Shown here one piece after another: positions 1-12,000 of a stretch of 64,000 bases of DNA. Position numbers and translations under genes: made by a program. The notes below the pieces were generated by a model. It saw only the letters and a program-made list of their open reading frames with translations, had not been told where the DNA came from and did not search any database. Every line of letters starts with the position of its first letter. The stretch's first letter is position 1. This stretch comes from Octopus vulgaris. Its lineage: Eukaryota. The stretch covers positions 89,962,001-90,026,000 of the forward strand of contig OX597816.1 in assembly GCA_951406725.2 (NCBI GenBank), written 5' to 3'.

Positions 1-133
1 TGTTGCTTCTTTCTCGCTTATAATCACCCCACATTACTGTATGGTTAAAACCGTATAGTTTTTGGTGCATCTAAGTTAAGTACCATATTCAAGTAAATTC
101 ATTAAAATTGACTTGAATCTTTATTGCTTTTTG

Positions 134-365
<232 letters not shown>

Positions 366-604
366 GTAAATCCATAGACCAAAACATGTATTCGAAGTTG
401 GAACTTTTTGAACGTATTTTTCCTCTTTATTAATACGAAATAGACAGATTAAGTACGATTCTATAATTAAATTTTTAATTACGATTACTATGATGCTATA
501 TATGGAATAAATTATCCTCCTTACAAGAGTTTAAAGGAATGAAGCAATTAAATTAACACTGGTGTAATAATATTTTCTTATAATACAATATTGTCAAAGC
601 TTAC

Positions 605-800
605 CTGCTCCGGGATATGAATACATCAAAATATCATCAGATCTAATTTTTACTGTATTCAGTTTAGGTAAAGCAGTTGCAGCTATTTCTAAATAAAGAA
701 TATTGTATCCTTTATATTGATAAACAGGCAAAGGCTTCCCGTCTTTGCCGAAAAATTGTTTAAAATTAATTCCGGTTTCTTTTATTTCTTCAGAAGCCAT
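605..800 (-). CDS. Cytosolic sulfotransferase (SULT family), first coding exon; gene continues off the left edge
   Basis: MASEEIKE...KIRSDDILMYSYPGAG matches the SULT N-terminal R-x-DD(I/V)...YP(K)xGT PSB motif. The exon ends at G|gtaagc (phase 1) exactly in that motif. Confidence 0.8.
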
Positions 801-1124
801 GTTCTGTTCCTTATTTATGGCTGTTGTTGATATATGAATTGTTATCGTTAGTTTTAAACTCTAAAGCTTAGTAATAATATCCTTGTGAGAATGTAATTTT
901 CTGTTCCTTCGCACAGAGTGAAACAAAAAGCAACTGGGAGGATGCCTTGCCTTGTGTGTGTGGATTCGTGTTTGTGCATTAATTATGTAATGCATAGATT
1001 ATTTTATATTTATGTGCCTATGTGCACAATTTTAGAAATGAACCAGGCTTTTCTTTAGCCTGTTCGGTTTATCTATCGTACTAGACACACACAAGCGCAT
1101 GCACGCATACACACACACACACAT

Positions 1125-1502
1125 ATTCTTTTATTCTTTTACTTGTTCCCGTCATTAGACTGCGGTCATGCTGGGGCACCACCTTGAAGAAATTTAGTGA
1201 AATGAATCCCCCCCCCAATACTCTTTTTAAGCCTAGTATTTATTCGATCGGTGCCTTTTGCTGAACTGCTAAGTTGTGGGGGACGTAAAGAAACCAATAC
1301 CAGTAGTCATGCGGTAGTGGGGGGGGCAAACACACACGCACGCACATATACATATATGTGTGTGTGTGTGTGTGTACGATGGGCTTTGTTCGACCCGAGG
1401 CTATGGCAGTACACTGTTGCCCAAGGTGCCACGCAGTGGGACTGAACCCGAAGCTATGCGGTTGTGATGCAAGTTTCTTACCACACAGCCACGCCTACGC
1501 CT
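1125..1502 (-). mobile_element. tRNA-derived CORE-type SINE with internal (GT/AT)n
   Basis: Minus strand has a tRNA-like head (GTGGCTGTGTGG...GGTTCAGTCCC), a GCACCTTGGGCAA core and an AAAAGAAT tail. Related copies occur elsewhere in the window. Confidence 0.8.
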
Positions 1503-1541
1503 GATATATATATATACATACATATATATATGTATGTACGT

Positions 1542-2187
1542 ATCATCATCATCATCGTTTAACGTCCGTTTTCCATGCTAGCATGGGTTGGACGGTTCGA
1601 CCGGGTTTGGGAATCCAGGAGGCTGCACCAGGCTCCAGTCTGATCTGGCAGTGTTTCTACAGCTGGATGCCCTTCCGAACGCCAACCACTCCGTGAGTGT
1701 AGTGGGTGCTTTTTACGTGCCACCGGCACAGGTATCCAACTACAATTTCCATTTGATTTTTATTTGATGTTGAGGTCTCCTCAAGCACAGCAGGTCACCG
1801 TACGATCAAGGTAAGCACACCAGGCCCGTCTGCGATCCAATGTACTTTAGATGGGCTGGGGCTGCTATGTGAAGCTGGTGCAGGAAACAGCCATGAACCT
1901 CACGTTATTTGTCGGGTCTTCGCAGTCACAGCATATCTCCAGAGATCTCAGTTTTTTTGTCATTGCCTCGGTGAGGCCCAACGTTCGAAGGTCATGCTTG
2001 ACCACCTCATCCCATGTCTTCCGGGGTCTACCTCTACCCCGGATTCCTTCAACTGTTTAAGAGTGGCACTTCTTCACACATCTCTCCTCATCCATCCGTT
2101 GTACATGACCATACCAGCGCAAACGTCTCTCTTGCACGCCACATCCAATGCTTCTTATGTCCAGCATTTCTCTCAGGGCGCTTACAC
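1542..2187 (-). mobile_element. 5'-truncated RTE LINE: ORF2 C-terminus, 3' UTR and (GAT)n tail
   Basis: Minus strand reads ...ERRLRWYGHVQRMDEER...GRGRPRKTWDEVVKHDL, then the family 3' UTR ending GGACGTTAAACGATGATG. Confidence 0.85.
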
Positions 2188-2189
2188 GG

Positions 2190-3112
2190 AGGTCTTCGGA
2201 CCGTGCTTGCATTCCAGGAAATTCCAGCTGACCTATTGGAACCCACAGGTTAACAGGGTTACTGGCGATCGTTAGCCTAAAGGACACAATCCCCTGTTGT
2301 TGACATTGAGTAACGAGGTCATCTCCTCCTCCATATTCTAAAGAGGCCACTCGCTAGAGAGACCTTAAGCCCGTGAGTTTGGAGATCTGATGATACACTG
2401 TAAAGCTAAGCGCTTTATGTACATAAAACCAAAGATGATCCCATAAACCGACCTATTCTAACATTCTTTCCACTTGCTATTTCTCGCTCCCTCCTCTTTC
2501 ACATTTCTTGGCCTTCTATTCATTCTCATCACTTTCCCTCCTCCTTTACCTCACTTTGTCCCATTCCTTTCTTTTTCTCTCTTTCTCGTCCCTCCCTAAT
2601 TGTTCAACACCTCTGTCCCTACCCTTCTCCTCTCCTTCCATGTGACCAGTGTTCCGCCAAGCCTGACCTTTCTTTCTTGGCTCGACTACAAGCCGTGTAG
2701 CATCTCTTATATTCCTTCCAATAACTTTCTTCTCTTATGTTCCTGCCGTAAGGCTTCACTTCCACACACGCCAGCTTAATTTAATTCGTCCTTAGTCGAA
2801 AGACACCTGTTGTTTGTATTTGTAATTGTGTACCATTTCTCTGGGGGTTTTTTACGTCCTTGTTTTCATATACATTCCTTGCTTTCTTCCAAAGTATCTA
2901 GTGTGCTTAGCTTAGATTTTCTTGGGGCCGGCCAGATTAGAGCAGACTCGAGTGTAACCGGCCGAAACTGCAACGATGATGTAGAACTCGACAGAAGAAA
3001 GAAAGCTCCAAATGACCCGTCCTTGTTTTTTCCTGTCCTTTTTTGTATCATCTAACTGCCTGGATGTTTTGTTGTCGCCTGTTGCGTTCTTGTTCCATTT
3101 TTTGTTTTGTTT

Positions 3113-3158
<46 letters not shown>

Positions 3159-3830
3159 CGTATGTATATCAGATTTGAAATTTTGTGTGTGTTTCAAAAA
3201 AGTCATTCAAGAAGTATGCATGTATTTGTGTATGTACTGATGCGACTCTGCCCTGTACTGTTCTCTCTCTTTCTTCCTTCCTCGTTTTCTGTCTATACCC
3301 TCTCTCTCCCTCTTCCTCCTTTACGCTCTCGTTGCTCACACGTGACCATCGTCCATCTTTCTTTCCCTCACGTGATCATCTTTCTTTTCTTTTGGTCTGT
3401 CGCACAGACCAGACGCATTCTTGTCTCTCTCCTCTCCTTTCTCCTTCAAAGAATGTTCCTCCAGCGTTCGCCACCTTACCCTGTCTGGCTTAGCGGCCCT
3501 CACTGTTTTCACTGTCCTGTTTTTGTTACCAACATTGATGCTCCGCAAATCCCAAATTTTATTTTGGAGCACGGGAGCAACTGTTTCTCAAAAGCCCATA
3601 TTGCTGTGAATTCCTCGAAATGTGGAGTAAATAAACAGCCGACAACTGATGAAGGGTCTTTCTTTATGTTACTTGTCTTGTTTTCCATTTTATTTTTCTA
3701 GTTGTTCGTATAAAAACGTTTGTCTTCGTATTTCATGTTGTTTTCGTATTTCGTATTTCTTGTTATCGTATTACATGTTGTTTACATTTTGTGACGTCCT
3801 GTACCCATATATACATATATATATGTGTGT
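2190..3830. repeat. Unclassified interspersed repeat with two pyrimidine-rich halves, possibly Penelope-like
   Basis: CpG-retaining, CT-rich blocks separated by a (TATG)n microsatellite, with scattered CTGATGA/CGAAA motifs. No convincing protein motif. Confidence 0.3.
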
Positions 3831-3901
3831 GTAAGTATGTACATATATGTGTGTATATATGCCAATATATATATTTTATTTCTATTATATTATATATATA
3901 T

Positions 3902-4190
3902 ATCACGTGATCACGTGACCGACCAGACCATCAGATGTTTTACACATCGCTGGTCACAATGTGTTCGCATTGTTTTAGCCTTCGAATGACGCCACCCCAC
4001 TGGCTAAGCGAGCAGGCCAACAGAAGAGTGAGAGAAAGAGTGGTGAAAGAGTACAGCAGGGATCACCACCCCCTGCTGGAGCATCATGGAGCTTTTAGGT
4101 GTTTTCACTCAATAAACACTCACAACGCCCGGTCTGGGAATCGAAACTGCGAGTCAGCTGCTCTAACCACTAGGCCATTGCGCCTCCACA
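3902..4190 (-). mobile_element. tRNA-derived SINE
   Basis: Minus strand has A box TGGCCTAGTGG and B box GTTTCGATTCC; the 3' end is GGTCACGTGATCACGTGA. Flanked by TA-rich microsatellites. Confidence 0.85.
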
Positions 4191-4193
4191 TAT

Positions 4194-4258
<65 letters not shown>

Positions 4259-5034
4259 TATATAACGTGTGTGTGTGTACCCGACTTATCATTCGCCTTG
4301 TATCTTGATCTTGAATATGCAATATGTAGGTCATCTAAAATTCTCATATTCTCTTGTTCATTTTATCAAGAAGCTTCAGTTTAAACAGGTGTTTTAGATA
4401 GTGTTCAAAAGCATTTATATTATAATTAGGACAAAGTAGAAAGGTAACTGTCGTTTTAATTGGTGCAGACAGTTTATAACACATAATGAAATGCTGACAT
4501 ACTTTTCAGGTTGAACATGAATATTGAAGTGAAAAACTGGTCTTAGAGTTGTATGGAGATGTAAATCTTGTTGAACAGTGAGTAAAACGAAGTCAAGTGA
4601 AACACCCCAAAATAAAAAAAATATATAACTATACTTTTTAAATGAGTTAATTTACCAGATCGTACAAATAAAAATTGGAAATAAGCAGTATGTTAATCCC
4701 GGATATGTTTTGATTTTATTCGACCTTTTCAGTGATGTACGATCATTAACATGTATGCTAGGTCAAGGCAGAGAAATATTAAAGGTCCCCATTTTTAATT
4801 AAGACGACATTTTAGTATATTATGCTTTGACTTTCTCATGTTTTCGATTGAAGTTATAACCAGGTACTTAAATATAGGTACATAAAGACATGTCGTTTGA
4901 AGGTTGAATACTATTTTCATCCCTCTATCTCCCTCTCCGTTTCTCTCTTTCTCTTTCTCTCCCTCCCTCTCTCTCTCTCTCCCCACAGACACACGTACCT
5001 CCACGAAACAGTATGTTCATTTTTGAAGTTATGT

Positions 5035-5235
5035 ATATATTTGTGTTTGTCCTCCCTCCATCATTTGACAACCGATGCTGGCGTGTTTACGTCCCCGTAA
5101 CTTGGCAGTTCATCAAAAGCAAACTCACAGAATAAGTACTAGGCTTACAAAGAATAAGTCCTGGGGTCGATTTGTTCAACTAAAGGTGGTGCTCCAGTAT
5201 GGCCACAGTCAAATGACTGAAACAAGTAAAAGAAT
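5035..5235 (+). mobile_element. 3' half of the CORE-type SINE
   Basis: Matches the reverse complement of 1125-1330 (...CCAGTATGGCCACAGTCAAATGACTGAAACAAGTAAAAGA). Confidence 0.75.
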
Positions 5236-6342
5236 GTTTTATGCCGAGACAACTGGGGTTGTCTCACTTACCACCCTGGGACTAAAAGTATGATTGAGCA
5301 ATTCCATACACTCTCAAAGTATGTATTGATAATAGTAACAAGATAGAATAGCTTCCTTTTATTCGGGTGTTCTATATCTGACACATTGTGTACTTTGATT
5401 CCAAACGTCCAGTAAACCATCTGTTGCTCTTCATTCACAATTGTAGCCCAATTACTGACCAATATTTAACAATGGTCACGTCTTCATCTATAGCTATGTG
5501 ATTCAAAAGTCATTAAGCTGCTATATTCCCTTCTATTTCAAATAACTCCAAAGTACTTTATTATTGATGTACACAGAAAAATAAGAAAAGTAAATTGACT
5601 GAAGCAAGAACATGGGTTATTGAAATGATCAGATTGAAACATTTCACCGGGTCAATTTTACCCTACCATTTCATTCATTTTCCTGTACACCTAATTCTTC
5701 ACGACGCTGTGAAAACATTGTACTCAATATTTCATCAATCCAATTCAAAACCACCACTTGTCCCTATTATCATTGTTTGTTTCGTTGACTTTTTTTGGAG
5801 GGGGAGGTGTTTTGCCTGTAGTTAAAACTTGGTCTGAAATATATAGACCTAAACGCTTACAAATCTTTAGTTGAAAATTTTTAAAACAAAATCAAAACAT
5901 TGTGCATTTGCACAAACCTCCAAGCTGTTACTTGCTAGTCTTGTTTGGACTACTCATCTGGAATAAATAACTATAACCTGCAATACACACATGCACACAA
6001 TGGACCCACTGTCAAAGTCAGTTATATTATCATAGGTCTTTATTTTGCAGAACGTTTGTCATGTGACCCTATCAGTCAATTATCACACAACTTAACTTTG
6101 GTGCCTTTAAGAAAACACTTAATCAGTTGACCTTGTTTGTAGATAACATTTTCAGAAGCAAAGCATGTAATTATTTTCAATCAGATTATTAAACATTATC
6201 ACACTTGCTGTTCAACAAACAACTGGAGCCTACTTTGCCAAATGTAAATGGATATAAGCTGAACACTGACCAGTATCGAAAGAATTCCTCAACCTTTCAA
6301 AATTCAAACTAATACACATTTTGTTAAAATTCCTAGATTAGA

Positions 6343-6558
6343 ATAGTGAGTTGGCAGATTCATTAGGATGCCAGGCAAAATGCTTTGTAGCATTTCATCC
6401 AGCTTTATATTCTGAGTTCAAATTCTGCTGAGGTCAACTTTTACCTTCTATCCTTTCAGGGTCGATAAAATAAGTACCAGTTGAGCAGTAGGGTCGATGT
6501 AATCGACTTACCCGCTCCCACAAAATTGCTAGCCCTGTACTATATTTCAGACCAATAT
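6343..6558 (+). mobile_element. tRNA-derived SINE with GCCTTTCATCC...GGTCGATAAA...AGTACCAG core (Meta/Sauria-like domain)
   Basis: B box GAGTTCAAAT, the conserved core and TSD-like ATTCCTAGAT flanks. Confidence 0.8.
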
Positions 6559-8947
6559 TCCTAGATATATTTGGTCTTGGAACTTTTGAATTCACAAGAT
6601 TTCATTCTTACATTCTATGAACTGTTGCAAAATAATCTTTCAAAACATTTTATTTTTTATTTTTTTACATTCCAAATATTAATTCTTGTATTAAACAGTG
6701 AACTTCTTAGATTTTCTGCTTTACCACAAAAGACATTTGTGAAGAATATTTTGAAGTTTGATGATGGCACTGCTATTGATATTTTTATACAACTACATTA
6801 TGTGGTGCACAGAAAATGCAGTGAAATTTGTTTCATTACTTTTTTTTACCTGCAAGATCCATTGAGATCTGTTTTGTAGATGATTTCTTTTTTTTTTTCT
6901 CTCTACCAACAATAAAACTAGATCTTCATAATAATAAAACCTTTTTAAATTTCCTACACATACATTTGTCTCTATAGCTGCAGCCCTCTGAAATTCTTTT
7001 TCTTACAGGTATCAAAGTATAGAAGTTCAAGTTGAATATTACCAATATCAAAATCACAAGCATGAAGGTGTGGAAAAAATCTTAGGGCATTGCCCATACA
7101 TACACACGTCCCTGCTACATAATGAAAATTTATTTTAAATTTTGTTTACCAATCCTTCTTCCACATAACTGCAACCTTCTGCTACTCTTTCCTCAATACC
7201 TGTTTTCTACTTTAATTTTTGAAAGATTTCAAAATTAATATTAACAATTTTGACCTGTCAGCTTTCCCCATACTTAATTTAAGGTTTGAAAAGCACTGGA
7301 CATTGTACCTCAGACAAAATAATAAAATTATATATTGATATATTAATATCTTTTTTGTAGTTTCTCTATTTTGTGTATCAGTACCATTGTGTTGCATATA
7401 ATCATATCAAGGTAAGCATCATGATAAGATTATATATGTAAAGATTATATACATTATATAGCCATCTTTGCTGGCTATACAATATACATAATCTTTACAT
7501 TCAAGAAATATAAATATATATATATAGTATTCAAATCACTAGTTTTTTAAATTTATTGAAAAAGACTAAATATTTTATAGTGTGTGCATAGTGTTACAAT
7601 TGTTTTTTTGTTATGAAATATATATTAACCTCCTAGTCAGCTATATAGAAAATTCTAGTATTCTTAATTCTAAATTTGGAAAACATTCTCATTAATTTGT
7701 TACTAGCAACAGAAACAGTATTAACTGAAGTCAACATTCTCTAGCCTTCTACAGTATATCCATGTTAAGGAAGATATACAGAATGCTATTCTCAACCAAT
7801 ACTGCTTCTGCTGCCGTAACAAATTATACCTAGCCTACCAGCTATATGCAACATCAGTGATTTTTTTTTTGTTAATCGCTATTTTTCTATATTAGTTGAG
7901 GCTAAATTTGTCTCCATATGAGGTTGCTAGTGACTACTTGCTACTACTGACCCTCATAGAAGCAGAAATCTAAATTTAGCAATTCCACCACCACTGCTAA
8001 GCACTTTGTTGCCTGCTACTGATATACTTAGGTGCTCTTTAGCACTGTATGCCAATACAAGATGCTTTCTCAAAACAAATATTGCAGTTGCTTTCAACAT
8101 TGTAACCATGTTAAGTAAGATATAGAGAATGCTAATTCTCATTCATGCTTTATGACCATTTTCTTTTCTGTCATCTCCTTAATGGCATATGAGCTTTATT
8201 GATTAGACTAATGAACAAATCATCAGTTTCTGATGTAATAAATTAACTGCTAATTTCATTACATTAACAATGGATACCTAGTAATTTTGAATTCTTCAAA
8301 TACTAAGTGTTTAAGATGAAACTGATATTTTTTGTATATCAAAATGAATTATATTGATTTTAGAAAAACCAATCTTGAACTAATATTTTTAATTAATATA
8401 GGTATTCTTAACTAAAAGTACATATCAATAAAATTGTGACTCTAATTAACATACATTTTATTTCTTGAAGTGAATCTTTTTAAAAGAAATCTTTTTGTCT
8501 CTTTATTGAAGTCCTTCGCACAAAACTTCAACACTCATCTTCCCACAGCAAACTTATACAAATATGCAAACCTCTACAAATATAGTTCAAATGGATGATC
8601 ATTCACCTTGCCCAACTGATATAATTCATTAATTGAATAAAATGTTACGTATTGGGATGGAAAGCACTATAAAATAAGTTCTTGACAAGGTGAGTTAATG
8701 TGTGTTGATACCTGGCTGAAGCTATTTCAATGCAAAGCATAGCTAATGTTTAGAGAAAGGAGAAAAACCTCACCAATTTTCATTTGACCCACTTCTTAAT
8801 TATAAAGATTCTTTTCCTAGTCAAAAGCAAACAATATATTTGATACATCTTCAATTTTTTATGAAATATCATACAAGAAATTACATAAGTATAGATTATA
8901 CAGTGTATAATGTAGACACTATATTTTGGTTTTAACAACAAAAATAT

Positions 8948-8953
8948 TTTATT
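8948..8953 (-). terminator. Putative polyadenylation signal of Ku80
   Basis: AATAAA on the minus strand about 65 nt past the stop codon. Confidence 0.45.
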
Positions 8954-9018
8954 TCAATGTAAGAAAAAGTAAATTTAATGGAATTCTATATTCTTCAATA
9001 TAAACTGTTGACAGGCCA

Positions 9019-9033
9019 TCACATTTCATCCAA
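9019..9033 (-). CDS. XRCC5: Ku80 exon 19 (LDEM-stop)
   Basis: tttcag|TTG GAT GAA ATG TGA; completes the DDLLD tail. Confidence 0.85.
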   Translation of the reverse strand: MDEM

Positions 9034-12000
9034 CTGAAATTAAACAAAACATGCATTATAAATAAAAATAATTGTTTTTTACAAAAATCATTAATACACT
9101 TTTCTATTATTGGACTATAACATACACTAATATGTTATATTAAGGTGGCGAGCTGGCAGAAACGTTAGCAAGCCAGGCAAAATGCTTAGCGGTATTTCGT
9201 CAGTCTTTACATTCTAAGTTCAAATTCTGCCAAGGTCAACTTTGCCTTTCACCCTTTCAGGGTCAATAAATTAAGTACCAGTTGTGTACTAGGGTCGATC
9301 TAATCTACTGGCCCCACTCGCCCAAAATTTTGGGCTTTGTGCCTAGAGTAGAAAACAATGTTATTATATTTCGTTTTACTCTCCCCAGACACAACAGAAT
9401 ATTATATTTATCTTAAGAGGTCTAGTGAGAAATTTGATTCAGTTCCACTTCATAATAGGGAATTTAGTTTTTAAAAAACTGTAAAATATCTACTCCAAAG
9501 ACATAAGCTTATACAATAAATAATATTTCTTAAAATGCAATTTCAGAGTTCTGTGTAGGCTTTACAACTCACCAAATCATCTGCAGAGCCCTCCATAGGC
9601 TGATCTGGTTTTGAAGACTCTTGGCTATCAGATTTGTTTTGTCCTGCATTCTCTTCAGATTCTTTAGTATCATGTAAATTATCTGTGCCCGAGAAAAGAA
9701 TGATATTGAGAATCAGAATATTTCTTCTTATTAATAACAATCAATTTCCTATTCAAACAAAACTTTCTGACTGTAAGAAATTAAAAATGTAAAAATCAAT
9801 ACACATGAAACTCAATTGGTGAGGATCTGAGGCTTGGAAGTGTCATACTATAACAATTGAACTAAGTGTTTAACTTGTGACCACTTACAATTTGTGGAAT
9901 GTTACAAACTTTAATGTATACTTAGCTTTAATGCAACTTGAATTAATGTTGTATTGTTTAAGAGATTATGTTTTGTTATTGGAGTATTATTGATAGTTCA
10001 CTTTGTACTAAGAAGAAACATGATATAGAGAAAAGTTTAGAGGAAAAGAAATATTTGTTAACAATTAAAAAATAGTATGGAAGTGATATATTAGATCAAA
10101 CTGCTGATCTGCAAGACATTGTTTATGGCAGGCACAAACGTCACTAATGCTAAAGCAGTACCAATGTGAAAACACACACACGTTTGTGTGTGTGTGTGTG
10201 TGTACATATATATATATATATAGGGAGAGTTTACGAAAAAAACAAAAGACGAAGACAGGTGATATACAAAACAAACAAATGTATTAGTATAACGCTCAGG
10301 AATAGAAAAAGTCTTTTACGTTTTGAGCCTACGCTCTTCTACAGAAAGGGACACAGAAAAAAACAAGGAGAGAAAAACACACACACACACATATTTACAA
10401 TGGGCTTCCACATGGTTTTTGATGACCAAATTTCAATTACAAAGCATTCACCATACCATGGTTATTCTATAAGATATTCTCCCAAGATGCCAAACAATGG
10501 AATTGAACCCAACACCAAATGGCTACAAAACCAACTTCTTCATCACACAACCATGTCTAATCTTATTCAAGAAAATTATACTCTTTCTAGAAGTACACGT
10601 GTGTTAAATATCATTTGATAAAAAAAAAGATAATGGATAGAATATTCAAAGAGAATCTTCAACTTGACAAGGACAGGCAAGTAAATATCATCATCATCAT
10701 TTAACATCCCTTGTCTATGCTCACATGGGTAGGACAGTTTGACCAGAGCTGGAAAGCTGGGGAGCTGCGCCAGACTCCAGTCTGATTTGGCATAATTTCT
10801 ACGACTAGATACCCTTCCTAATGCCAACTGCTTTACAGTGTGCTGAGTGCTTTTACATGGCACCACATGGGCACTTTTACAAGGCACTGCCACAAGTGCT
10901 TTACACCACCAAAAGGATTGGTCTACACTTCTGCTGCAGAGTATGGGACTTCTTGAGTATATACAATTAATAGCCAGATATGAGATGAACAATTGCTTTT
11001 TACATCAGATTTTTTTTTAAACTTATATGTTCTAGCTTGAATACTCAAAAAAATCATTTGTTTGCAACAAGCTTTCACATTAACAACTATACTATAGCAT
11101 TCTTAAACAATTTTGCATTTATTTCCAATGGTAGAATGTACTATGGGAATGAATTTGCATTAATCTTTGGAGATGGTGTTTTCACAGTTAACCTCATTTC
11201 CTTATGTCAACCTGCCTGTGACATGTTCTAATTTCAAGATCATTTGTATAGTCTTAATTAAGCAAGGATAATATAATTTTTTAAGATTAATGAAACGAAA
11301 TACAAGACAACAGAAATTTTTTTTCACCTTTAAAATATTTCCCAGCAAGAACAAGTTGTTTGAAATCTTTTGGAGCATCATTGGGAGCCTGAAAGCATTG
11401 TTAAATAACAACATTTAAAGAAATCTTAGTAGTATATACAGAGAAAATAATTTGCTCAATATTGTTTATAAAAAGATTTACTAATATATGAATATTTACA
11501 AATCACTGAAAAATTAATTAGATTTAAACAATTTAGGTAATTACATTTGGATATGGAAAGTTGGTCTTAATCTCACTTAGGCCACACAACATAGGTCATT
11601 CTATAACAATTTCAAAATCAGTAAAAATCAAGTTCATAAATTTCTCAGGTTGTGGCACTTTGTGAATATTTCTAACTAGGGAGTTTTATACCTGCTATGT
11701 GGTATCAGAAAAGTTATCAGCACTATACTAAGTTACATCATTGCTAGGAAAAAAACAAAAATATTCTCTTTGCATTTTGGTAAGTAAATCCTGTTGTATG
11801 TTCATCTCTTCATACTGACTTTACGGTCACTAAAAGGCCCAAACAATTTACAAAAGGGACTGAGACTTGTGGAGATTTGCTGTACTTGACAAGACATGTC
11901 AAGCTAAGCAAAATCAGTTCATACATACATACAGGCATTCCTTTATGGCCATGCCCCCACTCTACCAGGTTGAAGGTCTTTATCTTGCAGGTGCTAGTGC

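Noticed and set aside
700-716. GTATCCTTT U12-donor-like motif on the plus strand
   Set aside because: It is antisense to the sulfotransferase exon (codons KGYN) and no plus-strand gene is present.
3610-3660. GAAA...CTGATGA possible permuted hammerhead
   Set aside because: Stems I and III could not be paired.
3012-3701. 229-aa ORF, the longest in the track
   Set aside because: Runs through (TA)/(TATG) microsatellite and CT-rich low-complexity repeat; no domain motif or convincing splice context.
4120-4190. tRNA-like A and B boxes
   Set aside because: SINE head; no complete cloverleaf. The same applies to 37740-37823 and the other SINE heads.
10990-11280. Candidate location for the missing Ku80 helical-domain exons
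   Set aside because: Minus-strand frames after the available AG sites hit early stops and show no Ku80 similarity. The TATCCTT at about 11264-11270 lacks the leading purine of a U12 donor.
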